Shown: piece by piece, positions 50,708-61,390 of the stretch | Numbering within the stretch: position 1 is the first letter of the stretch | Layout: every line of letters starts with the position of its first letter | Assembly: GCA_963847705.1 (NCBI GenBank) | Contig: CAWKBC010000027.1 | Coordinates: 256,001-320,000 of the forward strand | From: an uncultured Pseudomonadota bacterium | GTDB lineage: Bacteria; Myxococcota_A; Polyangia; Fen-1088 | Reading direction: 5' to 3' | DNA: 64,000 nucleotides | Position numbers and translations under genes: made by a program | The notes under the pieces: model-generated | Seen by the model: only the letters and a program-made list of their open reading frames with translations | What the model was told of the DNA's origin: nothing | The model's database searches: none

Positions 50708-52438
50708 TCAGCGCCACAGGTTCGTCCTGGCGAGATCGAGCACCTCGTCCCCTCGTCCGCTGATGACCGCCTTGGCCATGAAGAGCGTGAACCCCTTGGC
50801 TTGCTCGAGCGTGATGGTGGGCGGCATGGCCAGCTCCTGCCGGTTCACGACGACGTCGAGCAGGGCGGGGCCATCGTGCGCCAGCAACCCCCGCACGGCG
50901 TCCGGGAGCTCTCCCGGATCCTCGACCCGAACGCCATGGAGCCCGATGGCGCGCGCCATCTGGGCAAAATCGGGGTTGTCGAGGGTGGTTCCGCTGGTGA
51001 GAAGACCGGCTGCCTTCATCTCCAGCTCGACGAAGCCGAGCGCGCCATTGTTGTAGACCACGATCTTCACCGGGAGCTGGCGCTGTCGAATGGTGAGCAG
51101 GTCGCCCATCAACATGGAGAACCCGCCGTCGCCGGAGAGAGAGATCACCTGGCGCCCCGGGAGCGTCAGCTGCGCCCCGATCGCCTGCGGCATGGCGTTC
51201 GCCATCGACCCGTGGTTGAACGATCCGAGGAGGCGCCGCTTTCCATTCATCGTGAGGTAGCGCGCCGCCCACAGCGTGGGAGAGCCCACGTCGCAGGTGA
51301 AGACGGCGTCGGGCGACGCCAGCCCGTCGATGACGCGCGTGAGGTACTGGGGGTGAATGGGCTTGCGTCCGGGAACGCCGGTGGCGAGGTCGTCGAGCGA
51401 CTTGCGCGCCTTCGCGTAGTGCGCGACGGCGTGGTCGAGGTGGGCCGTATCGGTCTTCTTCTTCAGCAATGGCAGGAGCGCCGCCAGCGTCTCCTTGACG
51501 CCGCCCACCAGGCCGAGGTCGAGACGACCGCGCCGTCCCAGGTTTTCCCCCCGGATGTCGATCTGCGCGACGACCGCCTTTTCTGGATAGAACTGCGTGT
51601 ACGGAAAGTCGCTCCCCAGCACCAGGAGGACGTCGCAGTCCATGACCGCGTAGTAGCCGGAGGCGAAGCCGAGCAGGCCCGTCATGCCCACGTCGAAGGG
51701 GTTGTCGTATTCGACGTGCTCCTTGCCGCGGAGCGCGTGGACGATGGGCGCTTGCAGCGCCCGCGCGATCGCGATGAGCTCGGCGTGCGCTCCGGCGCAG
51801 CCCGCTCCGGCCAGGATGGTCACCTTCTTCCCCTTGTCGAGCAGCGCCGCGAGCCGGGCGAGCTGGGGCCCCGGGGGTCGCACCTCCGGCTGGTCCTCCG
51901 GCGGGGCCAGCACGAACGGGTGCGTCTCCGGCGCTTCGCGGAGCGCGACGTCGCCTGGCAAGGAAATGACCGAGACTCCCCGGTTGGCCACGGCGCTGCG
52001 GATCGCGAGCTCGAGCACGCGCGGCATCTGGCTGGCGTGGTCGATCGGCTCGCAATAGTGACTGCAGTCCTTGAAGAGGATGTCGGGCCGGGTCTCCTGG
52101 AAGTAGTTGCTGCCGCGCTCCCGACTGGGGATCTGCGCCGCGATGGCCAGCACGGGGACGCGGCTGCGGTGACAGTCGTAAAGCCCGTTGATGAGGTGCA
52201 GGTTGCCGGGACCGCAGCTCCCCGCGCAGACCGCCAGCTGGCCCGTGAGGTGCGCCTCCGCCCCCGCCGCGAAGGCCGCGACCTCCTCGTGCCGCACACC
52301 GATCCACGCGATCTGCTCCTGTTTGCGGAGGCATTCGGTCATGCCGTTGAGGGAGTCGCCCACCACGCCATAGATGCGCTTCACCCCCGCCCTGACCAGC
52401 GTATCGACCAAGACCTTCGCCACGTTCGACCGTGCCAT
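50708..52438 (-). CDS. poxB: Ubiquinone-dependent pyruvate dehydrogenase (pyruvate oxidase)
   Basis: [41 protein letters not shown]...[10 protein letters not shown]. Confidence 0.93.
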   Translation of the reverse strand: MARSNVAKVLVDTLVRAGVKRIYGVVGDSLNGMTECLRKQEQIAWIGVRHEEVAAFAAGAEAHLTGQLAVCAGSCGPGNLHLINGLYDCHRSRVPVLAIAAQIPSRERGSNYFQETRPDILFKDCSHYCEPIDHASQMPRVLELAIRSAVANRGVSVISLPGDVALREAPETHPFVLAPPEDQPEVRPPGPQLARLAALLDKGKKVTILAGAGCAGAHAELIAIARALQAPIVHALRGKEHVEYDNPFDVGMTGLLGFASGYYAVMDCDVLLVLGSDFPYTQFYPEKAVVAQIDIRGENLGRRGRLDLGLVGGVKETLAALLPLLKKKTDTAHLDHAVAHYAKARKSLDDLATGVPGRKPIHPQYLTRVIDGLASPDAVFTCDVGSPTLWAARYLTMNGKRRLLGSFNHGSMANAMPQAIGAQLTLPGRQVISLSGDGGFSMLMGDLLTIRQRQLPVKIVVYNNGALGFVELEMKAAGLLTSGTTLDNPDFAQMARAIGLHGVRVEDPGELPDAVRGLLAHDGPALLDVVVNRQELAMPPTITLEQAKGFTLFMAKAVISGRGDEVLDLARTNLWR

Positions 52439-52531
52439 GAGTCCTCCCCCGCCCGTGAGTGCCGGTGGCCGATAACCTACTGCCCCTTGGCCCACCTGCA
52501 ACGCCACTCGCGCAACTGACCACCCGGAGCG

Positions 52532-53008
52532 TCAGCGATCCGCGGAAGGGAGGGCGCGACCCGTGCGCGCCGCTCCGTATTCCCTGAGCGCGTAGCTTCT
52601 CTTGCCTTCGGCGAGGAGGCGGGCGCCGATGCGGCGGATCTCCTCCTCCCCCTGGCGCAAGGCCCGCGCGCTGGTGTGAACGGAGTAGCTGCCCAGGGCG
52701 AGCTCGTGTCGATGCGCAGGCGCCGAGCCGAGCACGAACACCGTGTCCCCTTCGGCGAGAAAGTCGATCGCCCCCTCGGAGGGCTCGAAGATCGCGATCT
52801 CCCCGCCGGGAATGGGCGTCGGGGTCCGGAGCACGCCGTCGTGCACCGCGACCCAGGCCACCTCGTGCCCCGCGGGAGGCTGGTATGACCACCGCTGGCC
52901 GAGGTCCGATGGGCTCATGAGCCGCGTGATGGGGCCGCCGGTGTCTCCCCGCGTGCGGTAGATGATCTTGCGCGCGGCTCGTCTGTTCTGAATCTGATTG
53001 GCCAACAT
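52532..53008 (-). pseudogene. Pirin-family gene with an in-frame internal deletion
   Basis: N-terminal GPITRLMSPSDLGQ joined directly to C-terminal RWSYQPPAGH...YSVHTS; HPH metal cupin absent; next to yceI/lysR. Confidence 0.65.
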
Positions 53009-53023
53009 GACCTAACCCTCCTC

Positions 53024-53100
53024 GTTCGAGCTTGGTTCGTGCTTGGTTCGAGCTTGGTTCGTGCTGTGTTCGTGCTTGGTCGGTGCCGCGTTCGTGGTTC
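53024..53100. repeat. Intergenic 11-bp tandem repeat, about 7 copies (GTTCGWGCTTG)
   Basis: Units at 53024, 53035, 53046, 53057, 53068, degenerating at 53079 and 53090. Confidence 0.85.
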
Positions 53101-53113
53101 CCGAGAGTTTCGT

Positions 53114-53671
53114 TCAGGCCGCCTGGGCGGCCGCCGTCTTGACCGCCTGCAGCTCGAGCTCGAGCTCGACGCGATCGCTCACCAGCACGCCGCCCGTCTC
53201 CAGCGCCTGGTTCCACTTCAGGCCGAAGTCCTTGCGATCGAGGGCGCCACGCGCGGTGAAGCCGACCCGCTCGTTGCCCCAGGGATCCTTGCCGCGGCCG
53301 CCGTACTCGACGTCGAGCGCGATCTCCCGGCTGACGTCGCGGATGGTCAGCTCTCCGCGCAGGCGGTAATGGTCGGTCCCAACCTTCTCGATTCCCGTGC
53401 CCCGAAACCGGATCTGGGGGAAGTGCTCCACGTCGAAGAAATCGGCCGACTTCAGGTGCTCGTCTCGCTGGGCCGTGCCGGTGTCGATGCTGGAGGCATC
53501 GATCGTCGCCTCCACCGTGGAGCGCGTGAGATCGCCCTCGTCGAGCGTGACGTGCCCGCTGAACTTGGCGAAGCGGCCTCGAACCTTCGAGACCACCATG
53601 TGGCGGACCGAGAAGTTGATGCCTGAGTGAACGGTGTCGAGGTTCCAGTTGTTCGTCGTCGTGGTCGTCAT
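53114..53671 (-). CDS. YceI family protein
   Basis: WNLDTVHS.I.FSVRHM, SIDTG...RDEHLKSADFFD, G.LTIR, DPWG, RKDFG. Confidence 0.93.
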   Translation of the reverse strand: MTTTTTNNWNLDTVHSGINFSVRHMVVSKVRGRFAKFSGHVTLDEGDLTRSTVEATIDASSIDTGTAQRDEHLKSADFFDVEHFPQIRFRGTGIEKVGTDHYRLRGELTIRDVSREIALDVEYGGRGKDPWGNERVGFTARGALDRKDFGLKWNQALETGGVLVSDRVELELELQAVKTAAAQAA

Positions 53672-53740
53672 GGCGTGTCCTCCTGCGCTCAGGAATACGA
53701 CCGTTCCGGTGCTGGGACTAGATGCGAAGATCTGGACTAT

Positions 53741-53760
53741 CTGTTCCATGTATAGAACAG
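53741..53760. promoter_or_regulatory. Inverted repeat, probable LysR operator
   Basis: CTGTTC-CATGTATA-GAACAG between divergent yceI and lysR. Confidence 0.55.
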
Positions 53761-53770
53761 TGGAGCGACC

Positions 53771-54673
53771 ATGGATCTCAACGAGATGGTGGTGTTCGCG
53801 CGGGTCGCTCTGACCGGCAGCTTCACGACCGCGGCGGCCGACCTGGGGATGCCGAAGTCGACCGTCAGCCGGAAGGTGACGGAGCTGGAAGCGCGGCTGA
53901 AGGCGCGCCTCCTCAATCGCACCACCCGCAAGGTGAGCCTGACCGACGTCGGCCGGACCTACTACGACCACTGCAGTCGCATCGTGGCCGAGATCGAGGA
54001 CGCCGAGCGCGCCGTCACCAACCTGCAGGAGGTCCCGCGCGGCACGCTGCGGGTGACCACCGGCCCGAACGTCGCTTTCTTGGCCCCGATTCTGAACGAC
54101 TACATGAAGCGCTATCCCGAGGTGCGGCTTGCGCTGTTCTGCACCGGTCGCACCGTCGACCTGATCGAGGAGCGGTTCGACGTGGCGATCCGGGCGGGCA
54201 CGCTGGGCGATTCGACGCTGATCGCCCGCAGCATCGGCCGGGTGAGGTGGTTCCTGGTCGGGGCGCCGGCCTATCTCAAGAAGCGCGGGCGCCCGCGCTC
54301 GATCGACGATCTGAAGCAGCACGACTGCATCATGTTCGGCACGCCCCCCGGCGGCGCGGCGCTGCGCCTCCAGAGCGGCGACAAGACCGCGCAGGTCACG
54401 CCGCCCGCGCGCCTGATGGTGAACGACTTCGATCTGGTCCACGCCGCGACCCTGGCAGGCCTGGGCCTCGGGCTCCTTCCCGCCTACCTCTGCCTGGACG
54501 ACATCCGGGGCAAGCGGCTCGAACGCGTGCTCCGCGACTGGGAAGCCCCCTCGGTGCCCGTTCACGTCGTCTACCCGAGCGCCCGCTACATCTCGCCCAA
54601 GGTGAAGACGTTCGTCGACCACCTGCAGGAGCGCACGACGCCGGCGCCCTGGGAGGTCGGCCCCATGCCGTGA
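53771..54673 (+). CDS. LysR family regulator (CrgA-like)
   Basis: GSFTTAAADLGMPKSTVSR, LLNRTTRKVSLT, VDLIEERFDVAIR. Confidence 0.95.
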   Translation: MDLNEMVVFARVALTGSFTTAAADLGMPKSTVSRKVTELEARLKARLLNRTTRKVSLTDVGRTYYDHCSRIVAEIEDAERAVTNLQEVPRGTLRVTTGPNVAFLAPILNDYMKRYPEVRLALFCTGRTVDLIEERFDVAIRAGTLGDSTLIARSIGRVRWFLVGAPAYLKKRGRPRSIDDLKQHDCIMFGTPPGGAALRLQSGDKTAQVTPPARLMVNDFDLVHAATLAGLGLGLLPAYLCLDDIRGKRLERVLRDWEAPSVPVHVVYPSARYISPKVKTFVDHLQERTTPAPWEVGPMP

Positions 54674-54677
54674 GGTC

Positions 54678-55067
54678 CTACCGCCGCGCGTGAGGGAGGA
54701 TCGTCTCGGCGAGTCGCTGGCACCTGCTGTCGCACTCCGGGAACAGAATCAGGCGCTGGGCCTGGTCGATGCAGTGGTCGTGGAGGGCGCCCGCCTGTGC
54801 CGCGGGCGTCGTGCAGACGGCCTCCGCCTCGGCGAACGCGCGCTCGTAGCTCCGGCCGCGCTCGGCCGCCGGCAGCCCCTGGATGCTCCCGAGGTTCTGC
54901 ATCCAGTCGTGCGCCGCGATCGCAACGATCAGGAGCATCCAGCCGGCCAGGAGCGCTCCGCCCCAGCCGGCGCCCTTGCGCTCCTCCAGGAACGCGACGT
55001 GCGTTCGCGGGCCAGCGGGCAGGGGGCGGCACGACGAGATGGGGATGATTTCGAGACCATGGTCCAT
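54678..55067 (-). CDS. Hypothetical membrane protein with Cys-containing periplasmic part
   Basis: One TM helix; C...HC.DQA...FPECD..C. Confidence 0.6.
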   Translation of the reverse strand: MDHGLEIIPISSCRPLPAGPRTHVAFLEERKGAGWGGALLAGWMLLIVAIAAHDWMQNLGSIQGLPAAERGRSYERAFAEAEAVCTTPAAQAGALHDHCIDQAQRLILFPECDSRCQRLAETILPHARR

Positions 55068-55107
55068 GGCTTGCCTCCGCGAGATGTCTGCGACGCAACG
55101 ACGCAAC

Positions 55108-55123
55108 TGCAGAATCCGCGCCA
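55108..55123 (-). promoter_or_regulatory. Possible sigma54 -24/-12 promoter
   Basis: TGGCGCGGATTCTGCA (GG-N10-GC) about 40 nt upstream of the 55067 start. Confidence 0.35.
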
Positions 55124-55220
55124 ACGATCGAGACCGCGCGCGCCCGATGACGCCAGGGCGATCTCCCTCACCGCATGCAGAATGCCGAGCGGTTCGTGGC
55201 CGCGACCTTGCGAACTCCCG

Positions 55221-55866
55221 TCAGTGGACAGTGAGACCGCTCATCACGGTCGGCAATACGTTGGAGATCCCTTCGACGATGAACTGGACCGCCGTGGCCG
55301 CCAGGATGAGGCCCATCACGCGCTGGAGGACGTTCATCCCCGTCCGGCCGAGCCGGCGCTCGACGTCGACCGCGGCGCGCAGGAAGCCGTAGGAGACGAG
55401 CGCGGTGAGAGCGACCGCGCCGAACACCACCACGTATTGCCAGGCCCGTTCGGCGCGCGAGACCAGAACCATGACCGTGGATGTGGCGCCCGGGCCCGCC
55501 AGCATCGGGATGGCCAGCGGAAAGATCGAGACGTCGGGGCTGTCCACCCCCTCGGCCTCCTCCTCGGGCGAGGTGCGCTGGCGGGACCGCTGGGCGCGGA
55601 GCATGTCCACGGCCAGGAGAAACAGCAGAACCCCGCCCGCGATGCGGAAGGCGCCCAGCGAGATGCCGAGCACCCGGAAGATGAGCCCGCCCAGCGCCCC
55701 GAACGCGGCGAGCACGAGCCCCGCCGCCAGCGCGGCGCGAAACGCGGTGCGCCGCCGGTACTCGACCGAGTCGGATTCTGGTCATCGACATGAACAGCGG
55801 AACGGCCGCGGGCGCGTCGACCACCAGCAGCAGGGTGGTCACGGTCGAAAACACGAAGGGGAGCAT
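55221..55866 (-). CDS. MarC family membrane protein, frameshifted near 55780
   Basis: LLVVDAPAAVPLF in one frame; GISLGAFRIAGG, FPLAIPMLAGPG, RVMGLIL in another. Confidence 0.85.
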
Positions 55867-56280
55867 CTAGCGCTCGGTCATGCGCTCGAGGAGGCGTCCC
55901 AGCTCGGCGCGCTGGGCCTGGGTCAGGCGGGCCAGCCGCCGGGCGAAGGCGGCGTCGAGGATCTCGCGCGACGCCTCCATCGCCTTGCGACCCGAGGGGG
56001 TGAGGGTGAGGTGGAAGCGGCGCAGATCCTCGGACTGCGTCTCGCGCTTGACGAACCCCGCGGCCTCGACCCGCTTCACCAGGAAGGTCACGGTCGGCTT
56101 GGGCGTCATGAGCGCGCGGGCCAGCTGGGCCGGGCTGGGGTGCTCATCGAGCTTGCTGAGGAGAAGGAATTCCTTCATTTCGAGCCCGTGCCCTCGCACC
56201 AGCGGCTCGACCTCGCCCATGATCGAGATGAGCAGCTCGAAGTTGAGCGTCCAGAGCTGCCAGGGGGAGGTCTTTCGCAT
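55867..56280 (-). CDS. MarR family regulator
   Basis: LARAL..PKPTVT.LVKR.E..GFV.R...EDLRR..LTLT.SG. Confidence 0.9.
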   Translation of the reverse strand: MRKTSPWQLWTLNFELLISIMGEVEPLVRGHGLEMKEFLLLSKLDEHPSPAQLARALMTPKPTVTFLVKRVEAAGFVKRETQSEDLRRFHLTLTPSGRKAMEASREILDAAFARRLARLTQAQRAELGRLLERMTER

Positions 56281-56294
56281 GGGCGTGTTTACCC

Positions 56295-56353
56295 TTGACG
56301 GCGGGCCGACCGGGTATTAGTTTAAGATTAAACTGTTCCAGTTTGAACAGTTT
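56295..56353 (+). promoter_or_regulatory. Sigma70-like promoter plus palindromic operator for the AKR gene
   Basis: TTGACG-N17-TAGTTT; perfect 9-bp IR AAACTGTTC-N6-GAACAGTTT (56330-56353) in an AT-rich divergent spacer. Confidence 0.65.
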
Positions 56354-56386
56354 TGTTCTGGAACCACTCTAGCACACAGGAGTCCC

Positions 56387-57472
56387 ATGCCTCTCGATCA
56401 CTACCTCACGCTCGGCCGCTCCGGCCTCCGGGTGAGCCCGCTCTGCCTGGGGACCATGACCTTCGGCGAGGACCTCGGCTGGGGCTCCAGCGTCGAGGAG
56501 TCTCAGCAGATCCTCGACCGGTTCATCGAGCTCGGCGGCAACTTCATCGATACCGCGAACTTCTACACCAAGGGCCACTCCGAGAAGATCATCGGGGACC
56601 ACCTGGGCCACGATCGCGCGCGCCGCGACCGGCTGGTGATCGCCACCAAGTTCAGCGGCAACCTCTATCCCGGCGATCCCAACGCCGGCGGCTCGGGGCG
56701 AAAGTCGATCGTCTCCGCCTGCGAGAACTCGCTGCGGCGGCTGCAGACCGACTACATCGACCTCTACTGGCTGCACAACTGGGACGTTCATACGCCGATC
56801 GAGGAGACGATGGCCGCCCTCGAGGACCTGGTGCGCGCCGGGAAGGTCCGTTACCTGGGCGTCTCCGACACGCCCGCCTGGAAGATCGCCGAGGCCAACG
56901 TGACGGCACGCTTTCGGGGTTGGTCGGCGTTCATCGGGCTGCAGATCGAGTACTCGCTGCTCGAGCGGACCGTCGAGCAGGAGCTCATTCCGATGGCGGG
57001 CGAGCTCGGCCTCGGCGTCACCCCCTGGTCACCGCTGAAGAGCGGCGCGCTGAGCGGCAAGTACCGGCGGGCCAACGCCGGGCAGCTGAAGGGCGACCGC
57101 GGGTTCTTTCTGGATCCGTTCCTCAACGACAAGACCTACGCCGTCGTGGAGGAGCTCGATGTGATCGCCAAGGCGCACGACAGCACGGTCGCCCGCGTGG
57201 CGCTGGCCTGGCTGCGGGTGCAGCCGGGGGTGAGCTCCACGATCGTCGGCGCGCGAAGGCTCACGCAGCTCGAAGACAACCTGAAGTCGCTCGACGTGAC
57301 CCTCTCCGCCGAAGAGCTCGGCCGCCTCGACACGCTCACCAAGCCGGCGTTCGGTTTTCCCCAGAACATGCAGGCGATGTTTCCGGCCATCCACAACGGC
57401 GGCACGAACGTGAACGGCCTCTTCGCCCCGACCTCGGGCTTCGTGCTGGAGAAGGGCGAAAAGCCCTACTGA
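56387..57472 (+). CDS. Aldo/keto reductase
   Basis: LCLGTMTFG, IDTANFY, ATK, LQTDYIDLYWLH, GKVRYLGVS, WSPL. Confidence 0.95.
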   Translation: MPLDHYLTLGRSGLRVSPLCLGTMTFGEDLGWGSSVEESQQILDRFIELGGNFIDTANFYTKGHSEKIIGDHLGHDRARRDRLVIATKFSGNLYPGDPNAGGSGRKSIVSACENSLRRLQTDYIDLYWLHNWDVHTPIEETMAALEDLVRAGKVRYLGVSDTPAWKIAEANVTARFRGWSAFIGLQIEYSLLERTVEQELIPMAGELGLGVTPWSPLKSGALSGKYRRANAGQLKGDRGFFLDPFLNDKTYAVVEELDVIAKAHDSTVARVALAWLRVQPGVSSTIVGARRLTQLEDNLKSLDVTLSAEELGRLDTLTKPAFGFPQNMQAMFPAIHNGGTNVNGLFAPTSGFVLEKGEKPY

Positions 57473-57511
57473 AGGCTCAGGCCTCGAGCATCGGGGTGCC
57501 TGCTGTGGGCC

Positions 57512-59299
57512 CTACCGCGGCAGCGATTCGCGCAGCCGGGCGAGGCGTGCGGTCGCCTCGCGATCGCCGGCGCCGCTCTTGATCTCCTTGTCGAGCGCGG
57601 GAGTCGCCTCGGCGCCGTAGATGTCGCGGATGGCGCGCGCGGCGGACCGCGCGGCGGCCGGATGCGCGGCGGCCTTGAGCAGATCGGCGAGCATCTGCGG
57701 GTCACCCCGACTGGTCGAATCGACGTGGTCGGCCCGGACGTACCGGTCGACGGAGTCGCTGTACCAATCGAGCTCGGCGTAAGCGTGTCCCAGCAGCAGC
57801 CAGGGGCGCGGGTCACCGGGATTTCCGTGCGCGAATTCGTACACCGGGGCCAGCGCCCGCTGGGTGAGGTGCGCGCCCTTGTTGAGCCGGTCGTGGATCG
57901 GCCGCAGGGCGCGGGGAACGGACGCCTTCCAGGGATTGTGGGCGGCGGGGCGCGCCTTCCGCTGTCTCTCCGGCTGCTCCGGCTGCTCCGTTGGCGCTTC
58001 GTTGTCGGCGTGCGCTTGGGCCTCCGCCGGCGGTTTGGTCGGCGCGGGATTCGGTTTCGGCGACGCAGGCAGCTCCGACGTCGGCACAGGCGAGGGCGAC
58101 GGCAGCTTCGATGTTTGCGCAGGGGAGGGCACCGGCGGCGCCAGCGAGGGCTTTGGAGACGGCTCCGCAGGCGGCGCGACCTTGGGAGCCGGCGGCTCGG
58201 CGGTCAGCGCGGCGGTCTCGACCGGCGCCGCCCGCTCACGCCGCAGGTAGGTCGCCACCGCCCCGATTCCCGCCGCGAACGCCAGCACCGCGAGCGCGCG
58301 GCGCCCCCAGCGCGCGCCCGCCGGGGTCACGCTGTGCGCGCCGCTGGTCGGATTCCTTCGCCCCTCACCGCCCCGGGCCAGCGCGGCCACGACCTTCCGC
58401 TTGGTCATGACGGTCTCCAGCTCGGCCAGCAGCGCCCCCGCGTCCGCGAATCGCTCGGCGGGCTTCTTCGCCATCGCCCGCTCGATCAACGCCTGGAAGA
58501 GCCGCCCCGCCGGAATCTTGGGCCGCAACTTCGCCAGCGACGGGACCGGCTGGGTGAGGTGGGCGCCCAGGTAGCCCTCGTAGCTGTCGGCCAGGAACGG
58601 ACGCCGTCCGGTGAGCAGCTCGAACAGCAAAATGCCGGCGGTGTAGACGTCGCTCCGCGCGTCGACCGTGCCGGCCTTCACCTGCTCGGGGGACATGTAG
58701 GCCGGCGTTCCGAACACGATCCCGGCGCGCGTCAGGTTCTCGGGCACGGTGCGCGAGCCCGACCCCTCGAGAAACTTCGCCATCCCGAAGTCGAGCAGCC
58801 GCACGTGATCCGCCTGATCCGGCAGCGCCTGCAGGAAGACGTTGGCCGGCTTCAGATCGCGGTGGACGATCCCCTTGCCGTGCGCGAAGGCGAGCCCGCG
58901 CAGCGTCTGCCGGAAGATGTCCAGCGTGCGCCCGAGCGGCAGCGGCTCTGGCTCTTCCTTGATCAGCTCGCCCAGCGTCTTGCCCTGCAAGAGCTCCATC
59001 ACCAGGAACGGCACGCCGCCATCGATTCCGAAGTCCGTCACCGGGACGACGTTGGGGTGCGCCAGCGCCGACAGCGCCTTGGCCTCCCGCTCGAACCGCC
59101 GGCGCCATTCCGGGATACCGGCCGCATCCTGATGAAGCACCTTGATCGCCACGAACCGCCCGAGATGCGTCTGCCGCCCACGGTAGACGACCCCCACGCC
59201 GCCTTCGCCGAGGCGCCCCAGCACCTCGTAGCGTCCGTCCAGCGTCCGTCCGATGAGCGGATCGGTTTGCGGATCGGACTTGGACAGATCGACGCCCAC
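57512..59299 (-). CDS. Membrane Ser/Thr protein kinase with C-terminal TPR-like region
   Basis: GEGGVGVVY, AIK, HRDLKPAN, DFG, GTPAYMSPE; TM helix; Pro-rich linker. Confidence 0.93.
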   Translation of the reverse strand: MGVDLSKSDPQTDPLIGRTLDGRYEVLGRLGEGGVGVVYRGRQTHLGRFVAIKVLHQDAAGIPEWRRRFEREAKALSALAHPNVVPVTDFGIDGGVPFLVMELLQGKTLGELIKEEPEPLPLGRTLDIFRQTLRGLAFAHGKGIVHRDLKPANVFLQALPDQADHVRLLDFGMAKFLEGSGSRTVPENLTRAGIVFGTPAYMSPEQVKAGTVDARSDVYTAGILLFELLTGRRPFLADSYEGYLGAHLTQPVPSLAKLRPKIPAGRLFQALIERAMAKKPAERFADAGALLAELETVMTKRKVVAALARGGEGRRNPTSGAHSVTPAGARWGRRALAVLAFAAGIGAVATYLRRERAAPVETAALTAEPPAPKVAPPAEPSPKPSLAPPVPSPAQTSKLPSPSPVPTSELPASPKPNPAPTKPPAEAQAHADNEAPTEQPEQPERQRKARPAAHNPWKASVPRALRPIHDRLNKGAHLTQRALAPVYEFAHGNPGDPRPWLLLGHAYAELDWYSDSVDRYVRADHVDSTSRGDPQMLADLLKAAAHPAAARSAARAIRDIYGAEATPALDKEIKSGAGDREATARLARLRESLPR

Positions 59300-59436
59300 C
59301 GGGCGCGACTATAGCGCGGGTCAGGGGCTGGTTCGCAGCCATCCCCGCTTCGCCGGCGCTGCGGGGACGCGACGTCGCTGGGATGCGCGCATTCTCGTGC
59401 AAGACGCCGCGGTGAAGTCGGTTTATCATCCGACTC

Positions 59437-60258
59437 TTGCGGCCCCTGGCTCGTCCGTCGCTGCTGCTGTCGGTGTCGTGGGTGGTGGCTGTCTGGGTCA
59501 TCCCGCTCTCCGGCACGGCCGCGCCATCGAAGCCGTCGCTCTCCAGCTGGACGAAGGCCAAGCACGGCAAGGTGCTGGTTCCGGCGAAGCCGCAGCCGGC
59601 CAGGGCGTCGCAAGCGACGAAGGCACCACCGGCAGGGAAAGCTCCGCCGGCAGAAAAGGCGCCGCCACCGGTGCTGGCATCGCGGCCCCCGACCGCCAGC
59701 GCCGGTTCGAGATCGAAGTCGAAATCCGAGGGCCCCAGCATCAACGGAAAGGTCGCGGTGTTCGGGTTCACGGGCGAGGGCGCCGCGCGCGTCCAGCAGG
59801 TCGTCGTCAGCACGCTGCGCACGCGCGGCCTGCAGGTCACGACGACGCTGCGTCCCGTCGACAGCGCCGAGCAATACCGCGAGATGGCCGCCACGCTGCA
59901 GCTCGCCGCCTACATCGACGGCGCGGTCGGCGGCGCCGGGGCACGCGGGCAGGCGACCGTGCACCTCCGCAGCGGCGTCACGGGGCGGCGGATCGCCTCG
60001 ATCCGGTTCTCCGGCGACCGCGGTGCGCTGGCCGACGACGTCGGCAGCGGGCTCTGGCCGCGGACGGGGTCTCAGCTCACGCGCCTCTGCGCGGCGGCCG
60101 CCAGGCCGCGCAAGGGGGGCCGGCGCGCGCTGCGCATCGACGCCGGGACGCAGATCGAGCCGGCCGCGGATCCCGATTCCGCGATCCCCGCCCACCTGCG
60201 CAACGATCCGCCCACGGGCCGCCGCAAGGACGATCCGTGGGCCGACGAAGGAACCTAG
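59437..60258 (+). CDS. Hypothetical exported protein
   Basis: Signal peptide, Pro/Lys-rich linker, KVAVFGFTG alpha/beta-like domain, DDPW tail. Confidence 0.65.
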   Translation: MRPLARPSLLLSVSWVVAVWVIPLSGTAAPSKPSLSSWTKAKHGKVLVPAKPQPARASQATKAPPAGKAPPAEKAPPPVLASRPPTASAGSRSKSKSEGPSINGKVAVFGFTGEGAARVQQVVVSTLRTRGLQVTTTLRPVDSAEQYREMAATLQLAAYIDGAVGGAGARGQATVHLRSGVTGRRIASIRFSGDRGALADDVGSGLWPRTGSQLTRLCAAAARPRKGGRRALRIDAGTQIEPAADPDSAIPAHLRNDPPTGRRKDDPWADEGT

Positions 60259-60416
60259 TCCGTCTCGGAGGTTGCGGGGCCGCGCGTTCCCGGTGAATGT
60301 CGCGCCAGTTGCCGCGCGGTCCTCAGGTTTTTGAGGGGCAGGGGCGGGGCGGCCTGCGGAGCGCCCGAGAATCTGGCCCTGGCACGCTGGTCCGCCGCTT
60401 GCTTTGACGGCTCGGC

Positions 60417-61290
60417 ATGCGATCACTCCTGCTGCTCTCGATCTTCCTGGCCGCCGCGACGGCTTGCAATCAGTCGCTGACCCACGACATGACCGGAACC
60501 GGCGGAGCCCCTTCAGGCTCCGGCGGTGGGGCCGGGGGGACCGGCCCGGGCAGCGGCGGCTCTGGCGGGAGCGCCTCGGTTTGCAACGCGCTGGTCGCCG
60601 AGTATCAATCGGCCGTCACCGCCGCCGAGACCTGCCAGGTCGGAGCCAGCGGCCAGTGCCAACAGAATCGTCACCGGGAGCCTGTCCGGCTGCTCGTGCC
60701 CGATTCACGTCACGGACAGTTCGGCGCTCTCCACGATCGAGGGGGCCTGGCAGGCGGCCGGCTGCGCGGGGACGGTGCCGGAAGCGACCTGCGAGCTCGG
60801 TTGTCCGGTCGCCGTCACGCTCAACACCACCTGCGTGTCGACCGACGGCGGCAGCGCCGGCTTCTGTTCGTACGTATCTGGCACCGGCGGAATCAGTGGT
60901 GCCACGGGGGGCACCAGCGGCGGCACGGGCGGCACCACGGGCTCCGGTGGCTCGGCGGGGGACGGCGGCCTCAGCACCTGCGGCACCCTCGTGTCCGAAT
61001 ACGCGGCGGTGTTGCTCGGCGCCAAGAGTTGCACCGCGGGTGCCACCGGCCAATGCGCCCAGCAGGTCCCCGCCGGCCTCTCGCCCTGCAACACGGGCTG
61101 CACGGTGTTCGTGACCGACAGCAGCGTCCTCGGCAGCATCCAGCACCAGTGGGAGGCGGCCGGCTGCGGAGACGGGGCGTTTGCTTGCCCGGCCATCGCC
61201 TGCGCACCGGCCGCGAGCGCCACCTGCGTTTCGAGCGACGCGGGCGGCTCCGTCTGCTCGACGAGCTACGGGACGTTCACGGCCAACTGA
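60417..61290 (+). CDS. Cys-rich lipoprotein with two internal repeats, frameshifted near 60666
   Basis: ATAC lipobox; Gly-rich linkers; two C..LV.EY...A..C..GA.GQC.Q...VTDSS.L..I...W.AAGC units. Confidence 0.7.
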
Positions 61291-61390
61291 GTTGGCCCTG
61301 GTCGTCCGACTCCACGCCACCCCGACGTCCGGGGTTGGGGCAAGGCTGGCGGTCGCGCGTTGGGGTGCGTCCGGGGTGTAACCTTCCCCC

